Positions 24,265 through 33,032 of a DNA stretch of 64,000 nucleotides are shown here, one piece after another. The DNA is from Azolla caroliniana (Eukaryota > Plantae > Polypodiophyta). Both the position numbers and the translations under genes were made by a program. The first letter of the stretch is position 1. The number at the start of each line of letters is the position of its first letter. The stretch is taken from positions 18,352,001 to 18,416,000 of the forward strand of contig JBHGNT010000016.1 of assembly GCA_043228905.1 (NCBI GenBank), in the 5' to 3' direction. A model generated the notes under the pieces. It ran no database searches, was not told where the DNA came from, and was given only the letters and a program-made list of their open reading frames with translations.

Positions 24265-24441
24265 GCTCTGATACCACTATTGGGTTCTTATTTTGAATCC
24301 CCAAAAACTTCACCACTTTAGGGTTATAAGAGTTTTTATGGACAAGGGGAAAAAATCTCCTAAAGAGGGAAAAAATGCCCATGTAGTCTAAGTCTGTTCA
24401 CACACATCACTGTCCTAAGTGTGTTCACACACATCACTGTA
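24265..24441 (-). mobile_element. Captured LTR-end + tRNA-iMet PBS fragment inside the chromovirus integrase
   Basis: GCTCTGATACCA (reverse complement of TGGTATCAGAGC) at 24265-24276 followed by LTR-like sequence. It is absent from the paralogous integrase of copy 2. Confidence 0.7.
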
Positions 24442-25403
24442 GCTATCATCCCCGGTGGTGTGTATTCGAAATTCCAGAGTTACCCACAAATCCTTGTGGA
24501 GAGGATTGTTTGGAGCGGTTACGCAAGATACATGCGGATTTATCTACTCATTTACAACAAGCTCAACAAATTCACAAGGATTATGTGGATCGTCATCGGC
24601 TTCCATCCAGTTTTAACATTGGAGATTGAGTATGGCTATTACGATGACACATCAAGACTACTCGCCCATGTGATAAATTGGATTATCGGCGATTGGGTCC
24701 TTTTTGTATTATCGGAAAAATTAATGATGTCGCTTTTCGTCTCGATCTACCTCCGCAACTACGGATACATCCGGTATTTCATAGTTCTCTTCTAGAACCC
24801 TATCAGGACAACACTATCCCAGGTCGTATCAAACCACCTCCACCTCCAATCGAACTTGAAGATGGACATGAGTATGAGGTTGTCGTCATCCTCGATTCCA
24901 AGATTGTTCGCAACAAGCTCTACTATTTGGTTGATTGGCTAGGATACTACTACTATAGCCCTACCGAGCGTACTTGGGAACCAATAGAGAATGTGTCCAA
25001 TGCTTATACTCTTCTTCAAGACTTCCATCGTCAATATGCAGACAAACCGGGTCCTCAATCCGAAACGACTCGTAACACTTGTCATTTTAAAGGGGGGATA
25101 GTGTCATGATATGGCAAGATTTGAACCCATGACTTATGTTACATGGGTCAAGCCCTTGCCATTAGACTATATATTGTAATACAAAGGATATAATTATCAT
25201 TTATTATTTCATATAGAAAATTGATGTATATTTCCAGATTTCTCTGGAACATTCTAGAAACTTCAAGAGTACACTCCTAAAAACACTATAAAAGGAGGCA
25301 CAAGGCATTATTTTGAACCAAATCGGTTCAACGCCAATCTTAAGCCTCATAGCTATTCTTGCACTTACTCTTCATATAATATAATATATCTTTTGTTATC
25401 ATT

Positions 25404-25445
<42 letters not shown>

Positions 25446-26600
25446 GTTCTACACCCTTTTCTCTCTCGTAGTACTAATTTGCATCTTTTAGTACTAATTC
25501 CCTCTTTGTCTTGGTATTGTTCTTGACAGTGATGATCTAGCGAGCCCAGTCAGAACGACTGTCTTAGCCACCAGAGAGATGCTCTTCCGGAATCTTCTTC
25601 ACAGATGCCGATGAACCCACATCATACGAAGAAGCATCGACATGCGCCGATTCGGCCACCTGGCATTTGGCGATGGAGTCGGTGATTAACTCCATCCAAC
25701 ATAATAAGACATGGGACTTAGTCGAACTACCAAAACACTGACGTGCTCTTTCGTGCAGATGGGTCTATCAACTCAAAGAGACATTGGATTCTACATGTTC
25801 CAAGTTTAAGGCCATATTCATTGCAAAGGGTTTTCGGCAACAATATGGTGTCAACTTTGACGAGATTTTTTCACCAGTGGGGAAAATGAACACCCTTTGA
25901 TTCCTCCTCGGTGTAGTGGTTGCTGAGGACTTGGAGCTTATTGAGTTAGATGCGAAGATGACATTCCGCCATGGCGACCTAGAGGAGGGAATTTACATGG
26001 AGCAACCGAAAGGCTTCATTGCAGCCGACCAAGAGCATCTAGTCTATCGACTCAGGAAGAGTCTTTATGGCCTAAAGCAAGCACCCCAACAATGGTATAA
26101 GAAGTTTGACGATTTTATCCAGCCAGTCAGCTTCTCAAAGAGCGATGAGGATCACTGCCTCTTCACGAAAACAACTCAAGATGGGTCTCTCATCTTCCTC
26201 ATCTTATACGTGGATCACATGCTACGCTCTGGCCAGTTTGCCAAAGAGGTTGCCAATCTTGTTCGGCAACTACAATTCAAGTTCACAATGAAAGACCTAG
26301 GTCTTGCTCGATACATTCTCAGAATGAATATTAGTCGGCTCCAGAATCAACGACAATAGTTTTTATCTCAAGTTGACTACATCAAACGTGTCCCGGAGTA
26401 TTTCAACATGCACTTGGCCAAATCTGCTTCGACCCCGCTCCCCATTAATCTTTGGCTCTCTCAACAAGACTGCCCTACATCCGGTTTGAAGGGGGAAGAT
26501 ATGAAGTTAGTACCGTATGCACCGGTAGTCAACTTCTTGATGTACGCGACAATCACGACATAACTTGACATTGCTCATGCCATAGGAGTCGTCAACATAT

Positions 26601-26870
26601 TGCTGGGAAACCATTCCCTCCGGATGGGATTAGATGGATCCAAAAGGTATCTGGAAGAGATCCGAATCAGATCCAGTGTGAACCAGAAGTAGGGACATAT
26701 TAGTAAATATGTTTGGATGCGCCTATTGAGGCCATATTTGTAAATAGCCCATAAGTTATATAAGTATAAATATAACTAGGGCAATAAGAAGTCTTTGTGA
26801 GTTAGTGAGTCGTTGCTAGTCATTAGTACTAAGAAGTGAAAGAGTGTGTGAGAGTCATGACAGGGGAAGA
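26601..26870 (+). mobile_element. Partial LTR of copia family D, truncated by the LINE tail
   Basis: tgctgggaaaccattccctccggatgggatt matches the start of LTR 62181-62697 read on the minus strand (tgttgggaaatcggtctctccggatgggatt). Confidence 0.6.
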
Positions 26871-27087
26871 GAGAGAAAGAAAAGAAAGAAAAAGAAAGAA
26901 AGATGTATTAACGTCTTCTAAGGCCAAATTTGGCCCATGAGACAATTGGTTTACAACAATAGAGTATTTATCCAGTCATCATAACTAAAAATAAAATTAA
27001 GTAAAAAAAATAGAACTTAAACTAAAAGAGTTCTAGTAGTGTACAATATGTAGTATACTCGAAAGTGACTATACACTAAGCCTAATT

Positions 27088-27662
27088 TTATTTCCACCCA
27101 AGCCTCTCGAAAAGAAGTGGGGGGTCAAAGGGTCTTGATGTGGGTTCCAATGTAGAGAGTGCCCTAGCCATGGCTTCTAGGCGGTGTAGCTCACGTTCCC
27201 TTATTTTCAATATTGCTTCCACATCACGTTGAGTTGCTTTGAAACCCGGCACCCGAGGACGTCTGGTTCTTCTCTGGTTTTCTGCCTCATCAATGGAAAG
27301 GCCGAGTGGTGCAAGTGTGTCGGCATTCGTTGTCTCCTCAGGTTCCTGAAAAACTGCATTTGTTACATGTTCATGATCATTAGCAACATTATTGTCAACA
27401 TTTTGTAATTTATTCTCTCTGTGTTGTTTTAGCTCTAGAATGTATTTGCCTAATTTCTTTATATCTAGAGTATCTAATAGTTTGGGGAGGGTGGGAGACG
27501 GACCAAGTATGTCTTGGTATTTTGCCCTTATCTCGGCATAGGTTGGACACTTGCATGTAAAGTGGTACTCATCCTCTATCTCTATGTGACATAACCTACA
27601 TATCCTTTCCTCCCTAGGGACTCCACTAGTACGACCATTTTCAATCTCAAGTTGGTGAGATG
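27088..27662 (-). pseudogene. LINE ORF C-terminal part
   Basis: Open frame SSHQLEIENGRTSGVPREERICRLCHIEIEDEYHFTCKCP...PLLFERLGWK*. Confidence 0.85.
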
Positions 27663-27834
27663 ATATTTGTAGTGCGTTTTTCTAGTGATCAATTGATCCT
27701 TGTAGGCTTGAGTTTATGTATCTTCTTTCTCTTGTTTCTATGATCATCACTCCTTATTAATATATCTTTGTAGATTTGGGTTTCTATATCTTCCTTCTCT
27801 CTCTTTTCTATCATCATCTCTCTTTTCATTTTTT

Positions 27835-27851
27835 TGGCGCTCCAGGGAGGG
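27835..27851 (+). promoter_or_regulatory. Primer binding site, probably tRNA-Asn type
   Basis: TGGCGCTCCAGGGAGGG, 6 nt after the LTR. It resembles the angiosperm Asn PBS TGGCGCTAGAAGGAGGG; tRNA identity is inferred. Confidence 0.55.
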
Positions 27852-27904
27852 TCGATCTTTTCCGTACCTTGGGAAGATTGATTGTGTCTTAGTATTACGT
27901 GGAT

Positions 27905-30900
27905 ATGGCGTTTCAATTTGCTTTCGCAGGTGATGGCGTTCAGGATGGAGGAGCTTTTTTGGCATCGTTCGAGCATCATGCGGTTTCGATTGGGAAGGTG
28001 AATGACATAGAGAAATTGCCCTTGTTGGTGGCAACTTTCTACTCAAGAGCCCGGGAGTGGTATGAGTCATTACCTCCCAACCAACAAACCAACTACCAAT
28101 TGCTCGTTCAACAATTTAGAAGCAAGTACATCCGACGTCGTAGTGCAATGGAGGTGCGAGAGGAACTATTCGCCTTGCGTATGACAACATTGATGGAGTA
28201 TTCGGAATACGAGAGGGTGTTCAAAGAGCTGTGGTCAACATGGATCCGTCTACGAGGAGGCGTAGAGGATGAGTGGTTCAAGATGGATCGCTTCAAGGCG
28301 GGCTTGAACCCTTACTTTGCAATGGAGGCAAATTTGAAGGACCCAACCAATTTTCAAACTCTTCTACAAGTGTGTCAAATATATGATAGACAACTTAAAG
28401 TGATGCGGATGGGGGTCGATACAACGGTGGCGATAGCTAATGCGAATGTGGTGTCAACTCTAAACGCCCCACATCCATCCTCTATTGTACATGGAGGACA
28501 GGTTTTTCCAAACATATTTAATTCTAATGTAGCTAACCAAGCTAGTTTACCAATGTTGCGAGATGTAGATCATCCAAGAATTGATGGAAGTTTCCCCGAG
28601 CAACTAAACCGACGACTTGACGAGCTAACGAATCAATTCCGCCAAATGCAAGCTAGTTTCAACACCAACCAAGTTCGCGAGGTGCCACCAGAAAAACGGG
28701 TCCCGGTTTGTTATTCTTGTGGTGTTGAAGGACATATTGCTACACGATGTCCTTCAAGAAGACAAGGTGGTTTAGGACGAGGTATCTATCAACTTCAAGG
28801 AGGTTCAAATGCCCCTAACAACCATGCAAATAGCAATAATCAAGTTTCTAGTGATGGAGGACCGTTGCCAATGGCTCAAGTCCCAACAATACCTTCCAAT
28901 GTAAATCTTCTTGATTTTATGTATGATACTGACGATGATTGTGATGTTGTTCCAATCAAGAGAACTCGAGCAACGCATAAGGGAAAAGAGGTGGAAGGGG
29001 AGTCAAGTAACCCTCAAATAAAGAAAAAAACTAAGGAGTCTAAGATGGAGAATCCTTCAAAAAGGCGTCGTTCAAGGAGAAAGATCAATATGGAGGATAT
29101 GCCCATGGGGAAAGGAGTGGAGCCTTTCGACCTCAAGCAAGAGCTGATTACTAATGGACCCCGGATCACTTGGCCGCAACTTCTTCAACTCTCTCCAAAA
29201 ATACGAAAAGAATGGGGACGACTAGTGAGCATACGTCAAAGTACGAAAACAGTGCACTATGCGGGGGTTGTACGAGTGAAGGAACGAAAGGATATTCGAC
29301 CTACAATACCGGTATCTATAAAAGGTTATATAATTAAGGATGCTTTAGTGGATAGTGGTGCTAGAATAAGTCTTATCTCAGAAGTCCTTATAAGTAAACT
29401 TGGTATTCCTATTTGTAAAAGTTCATCTGCGAAAGTAGCTGTAGCTGATGGAGGATTAGTACCTTGCATGGGGATTATAGAAGATGTTATCCTTGAGTGT
29501 TTTGGTATATGTATTTCTATGGATTTCCATGTTATTCCCCTTAAGGGACCCTCTTATTCCTTGGTGTTGGGAAGACCTTGGATGCAAGAACTAAATGTAA
29601 TTCAGGATTGGAGTAATGGGTTGATGACTTTGGCACCCTCCGAGAGTGTCAACATTGTCTACGACATGCGTCTTCAACGAGTGATCAAGGGTGCAAGGGA
29701 GAACAACTCATCTGATAGTGAGTATGAAGAAGAGAGTAGTGCAAGTGATAGTACTTCATCGGATTGGGAGGAGACAACATCATATGTGATATCCAAGGAG
29801 GAGAAAGAAGACAATAAAGAGGAAGAAACCATCACCCTTGAACAACGAGAGAAGATGATTTCCAAAGATATTCAAGGAGAAGATCGACAAAGGTTTGTTT
29901 CCCTACTTTCTGAGTTTCCGAGGTTATTTATAAATGACTATTCGCAAATTAGAGGAGTGGATGTCATTAAACACCAAATCAAGTTGAAGGAGGGAAGTGA
30001 ACCGGTTGCCCAAAAGCTTCGTCGGTTGGGGACTGTCCAAAAGGAGGCTCTATTAAAGGAGGTTAAAGCTTTGTTGAGGGCTGGTTTCATATACCCCGTG
30101 GAGGATTCGGAGTGGGTGTCCCCCGTTGTGGTGGTTCCTAAGAAGAATGGAAAATGGCGAGTTTGTGTCGACTTCAAACCTTTGAATGCAGCTACGAAGC
30201 GGGATCACTTTCCACTTCCTTTTCAAGATGAGATTTTGGATGAAATTGCGGGGCATGAGATGTACACGGTATGTGATGGGTATTCCGGCTATTTTCAAAT
30301 AAGAATTGCAGAGGAGGATCAAAGAAAGACAACCTTCATAACACCTTGGGGTTGTTTTGCTTATAAGTGTATGCCTTTTGGTTTAACCAATGCGGTGTTT
30401 ACTTTCAATCGTTTGGCTATACATGTTTTTCAACCCTTTTTTGGAAAATTTGTAAGGGTGTTTATAGATGATTTTGCCATCTATAGTACAAGGATTGGTC
30501 ATCTAGAGAAGGTGCGAGCGGTTTTCAAACGTCTTGATGAATGTAAAGGACAACTCAACCCCGAAAAGTGCCATGTTGGAGAAAAAGAGGTGGCGATGCT
30601 TGGACATGTGGTGTCTCTTCAAGGAATTAAGGTGGATCCCTCAAAGATCAAAGTGATTGAAAGTTTACCGTATCCAAAAGATATTAAGTCCTTGGAGGTT
30701 TTTGTTCAAAAGGTGCGATACTTTGAGAGATTTATCCACATGCTAGCCCAAGCCCTTTATCCTTTTCGAGTCATCCTTCGCACTAATATTTTTGTGTGGA
30801 ATCCTTTTATGCAAGAAAAATTTGATAGGGTTAGAGAGCTATTAGCTAAAACCCCTATTCTTCAGCCACCAGATAGAATTTCTACATTCTTTCTTTCTCT

Positions 30901-32749
30901 TAGTGTTAGCTCTCATGCTATTGGCTCTATTCTCATGCAACAAGATCCTCATAATAAGCTAATGCATCCTATTTATTATATAAGTAGAGCCATAAGTGAT
31001 GTGGAAAAAACCTTTATGGATGTGGAAAAGTGGGTGTTAGCTCTTACATATGCATGTCAAAAGTTTAGGAGCTTTCTTATCCCTCAACACTTTGTAATAA
31101 TCACTAGTATGTCACTACTCCCCTATGTACTACAACATGTAAATGTATCATCTAGAATTACAAAGTGGGCTCTTCTATTGGTCGAATTTGATTTTGAAGT
31201 TAGGCTTGAGTCCACTATGCGTGCGGAATTGGCGGATCTTCTCACTTATAGAGAGAGTCTTCATGAGGAAGATTTATCAAAGCTAAGAGATGCCCTTCCC
31301 GAACCAGATATAGAAGATGCTTTCACATTGTTCTTTGATGGTGCTTACCGAAAGGCAACAAATTTAGCGGTTGGAGGCTTTATATTAAGAAACCCCAATG
31401 GAGAGGTGGTACACGCTGAAGGGATTTCGCTTCCCAATGTCAACACCAACAATGAAGCAGAATACGCGACCTTGTGCTTTGCCTTACGACTTTGTAAAGC
31501 TAGGGCAATCAAAAGATTAATCATCAAAGGTGATTCCCTATTAATTGTCAAACAAATTCAAGGTATGTGGAAATGTCAAAGTGATGGATTACGTGGCTTC
31601 TATAAGGAGGCACTTAGATTAATGAAGTCATTTAGTAAAGTACAAGTAAAACATGTAAGTCGTGTGGATAATAAAGAGGCTGATGCGCTTGCTCAAGAAC
31701 AATTAGTGAAGATTAAAGGGGAACCTGTATGTATTTTAGAAGAATGTAAGGGTGCAGAGTCCCTCTTAGAGATACAAGAGCTTCTTAACGATGGTGTTTT
31801 CCCCAAGGATCTTAATGGGTTACAGAGAAGAAGGTTGGTATCAAGATCTTCTCAATATGTAGTGGTTGGTAAGGATTTGTATCATAAAGGCAAGGATGAT
31901 ATTCTACGAAGGGTGCCCCTTAAAGAGGAGATTGTAGAGATCCTAAGGAAGATGCATGAGGAGGCTTGTGGAGGACATTTTTCTCATGACATCATGTTGC
32001 GAAAGATTATGTTAACAGGTTTTACTTGGCCTACCATCCATAAAGACATTCACGAGTGGTGCAAATCTTGTGATGCATGCCAAAAGGCGGGACGTAGACA
32101 TCTTCGTGTGGGTCCTTTACATCCGATCGTGGTTTTTGCTCCGTTCGAGAAGTGGGGAATCGATGCGGTAGGTCCTCTTCCAAAGACCCAACATGGTAAG
32201 GAATATATCTTGGTAGCAATTGATTACATGACCAAGTGGGCGGAAGTAGCGGCAACTTCTTCAATCAAATCTAAGGACGTGGCTCAATTTATCTACCGTA
32301 ATATTTGTACGAGATTTGGTGTACCATTAGAGATTGTATCTGATCATGGTCCAAGTTTTCGTGGTGAAGTATTGGCTTACTTATTAGAGAAGTTGAAGAT
32401 AAAGCATAGGTACTCTACCCCATACTATCCTCAAGCTAATGGTGCAGTGGAGAAGGTGAATGGTATTTTGGTTAAAAATCTCCAAAAACTTGTTAATGAT
32501 AAAATGAGAACATGGGATAAATTTCTTGATGATGCTATTTGGGCATACCGTGTTTCCTTTAAGTTATCCACGGGTTTTACCCCATTCTTTTTAGTGTATG
32601 GACAAGAGGCTTTATTTCCTATTGAACTACAAGTGCGAAGTAATCGACTTATGCAAGCTTCGTGTCGTGATGGAGAAAGTGCTATGGAGGATCGATTAGC
32701 ACACAATCATGTATTGCAATATTCAAGAGAAGAAGCGGTAGAGCTCTAA
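27905..32749 (+). CDS. Gag-Pol polyprotein: gag, CCHC, PR, RT, degenerate RH, additional RH, INT
   Basis: Single uninterrupted ORF (first ATG 27905). CYSCGVEGHIATRC, LVDSGA, CDGYSGY/FIDD, aRH FDGA/NNEAEY/GDS/NKEADALA, INT HEEACGGH..CDAC, WGIDAVGP, SDHG, NGAVE. Confidence 0.93.
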   Translation: MAFQFAFAGDGVQDGGAFLASFEHHAVSIGKVNDIEKLPLLVATFYSRAREWYESLPPNQQTNYQLLVQQFRSKYIRRRSAMEVREELFALRMTTLMEYSEYERVFKELWSTWIRLRGGVEDEWFKMDRFKAGLNPYFAMEANLKDPTNFQTLLQVCQIYDRQLKVMRMGVDTTVAIANANVVSTLNAPHPSSIVHGGQVFPNIFNSNVANQASLPMLRDVDHPRIDGSFPEQLNRRLDELTNQFRQMQASFNTNQVREVPPEKRVPVCYSCGVEGHIATRCPSRRQGGLGRGIYQLQGGSNAPNNHANSNNQVSSDGGPLPMAQVPTIPSNVNLLDFMYDTDDDCDVVPIKRTRATHKGKEVEGESSNPQIKKKTKESKMENPSKRRRSRRKINMEDMPMGKGVEPFDLKQELITNGPRITWPQLLQLSPKIRKEWGRLVSIRQSTKTVHYAGVVRVKERKDIRPTIPVSIKGYIIKDALVDSGARISLISEVLISKLGIPICKSSSAKVAVADGGLVPCMGIIEDVILECFGICISMDFHVIPLKGPSYSLVLGRPWMQELNVIQDWSNGLMTLAPSESVNIVYDMRLQRVIKGARENNSSDSEYEEESSASDSTSSDWEETTSYVISKEEKEDNKEEETITLEQREKMISKDIQGEDRQRFVSLLSEFPRLFINDYSQIRGVDVIKHQIKLKEGSEPVAQKLRRLGTVQKEALLKEVKALLRAGFIYPVEDSEWVSPVVVVPKKNGKWRVCVDFKPLNAATKRDHFPLPFQDEILDEIAGHEMYTVCDGYSGYFQIRIAEEDQRKTTFITPWGCFAYKCMPFGLTNAVFTFNRLAIHVFQPFFGKFVRVFIDDFAIYSTRIGHLEKVRAVFKRLDECKGQLNPEKCHVGEKEVAMLGHVVSLQGIKVDPSKIKVIESLPYPKDIKSLEVFVQKVRYFERFIHMLAQALYPFRVILRTNIFVWNPFMQEKFDRVRELLAKTPILQPPDRISTFFLSLSVSSHAIGSILMQQDPHNKLMHPIYYISRAISDVEKTFMDVEKWVLALTYACQKFRSFLIPQHFVIITSMSLLPYVLQHVNVSSRITKWALLLVEFDFEVRLESTMRAELADLLTYRESLHEEDLSKLRDALPEPDIEDAFTLFFDGAYRKATNLAVGGFILRNPNGEVVHAEGISLPNVNTNNEAEYATLCFALRLCKARAIKRLIIKGDSLLIVKQIQGMWKCQSDGLRGFYKEALRLMKSFSKVQVKHVSRVDNKEADALAQEQLVKIKGEPVCILEECKGAESLLEIQELLNDGVFPKDLNGLQRRRLVSRSSQYVVVGKDLYHKGKDDILRRVPLKEEIVEILRKMHEEACGGHFSHDIMLRKIMLTGFTWPTIHKDIHEWCKSCDACQKAGRRHLRVGPLHPIVVFAPFEKWGIDAVGPLPKTQHGKEYILVAIDYMTKWAEVAATSSIKSKDVAQFIYRNICTRFGVPLEIVSDHGPSFRGEVLAYLLEKLKIKHRYSTPYYPQANGAVEKVNGILVKNLQKLVNDKMRTWDKFLDDAIWAYRVSFKLSTGFTPFFLVYGQEALFPIELQVRSNRLMQASCRDGESAMEDRLAHNHVLQYSREEAVEL

Positions 32750-33032
32750 AAAAAGCGTGGAAAAGAAAGCAAGCGAAACTTATCTACTAGAGGAGAACTT
32801 CATATAAAGCAAGAGGAGGAGGTGGTGAAAAGAAAGGGTTGTTTTCTTGTGGTGTTTTTCTTACCTATTCATGTAGTGCATTTTTCTAGTGATCAATTGA
32901 TCCTTGTAGGCTTGAGTTTATGTATCTTCTTTCTCTTGTTTCTATGATCATCACTCCTTATTAATATATCTTTGTAGATTTGGGTTTCTATATCTTCCTT
33001 CTCTCTCTTTTCTATCATCATCTCTCTTTTCA

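Larger units (their letters stand above)
19588..25528 (+). mobile_element. Full-length Ty3/gypsy chromovirus (Tcn1-like), inactivated
   Basis: LTRs 19588-20006 and 25102-25528 (TGTCA...TGACA), perfect TSD GTGAT, PPT aaggggggatag. Gag knuckle CLYCGGPRHIAVNCP, PR LLDSG, RT YLDD, RH EVDAS, INT, GPF motif and chromodomain YEVVVILDS...YLVDWLGY...TWEP. Many stops. Confidence 0.93.
17160..26600 (+). mobile_element. Decayed Ty1/copia element (LTR end, Met PBS, gag, partial INT, RT), host of nested insertions
   Basis: ccaaca + tagtatcagagc (17484-17495). Gag KFDGSNFNF (~18670) and INT tail WIFGCEAF (~19200). RT resumes after 25528 with RLRKSLYGLKQAPQQWYKKFD and LILYVDH. Left boundary approximate. Confidence 0.7.
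27668..33032 (+). mobile_element. Young, intact miniature non-chromovirus Ty3/gypsy element (Tat-like, with additional RNase H)
   Basis: 161-bp LTRs 27668-27828 and 32872-33032 with a single mismatch, TG..CA ends, perfect TSD ATATT, PBS at 27835-27851. Confidence 0.95.

Noticed and set aside
26601-26870. LTR as the 3' LTR of the old copia at 17160-26600
   Set aside because: No PPT or RNase H precedes it, and it matches family D rather than the LTR near 17200-17481.
32893-33032. C-terminus KREMMIEKREK... of the 733-aa ORF, and the matching ORFs 27689-28070
   Set aside because: This is read-through into the antisense LTR. The true LINE C-terminus resumes at 27662.
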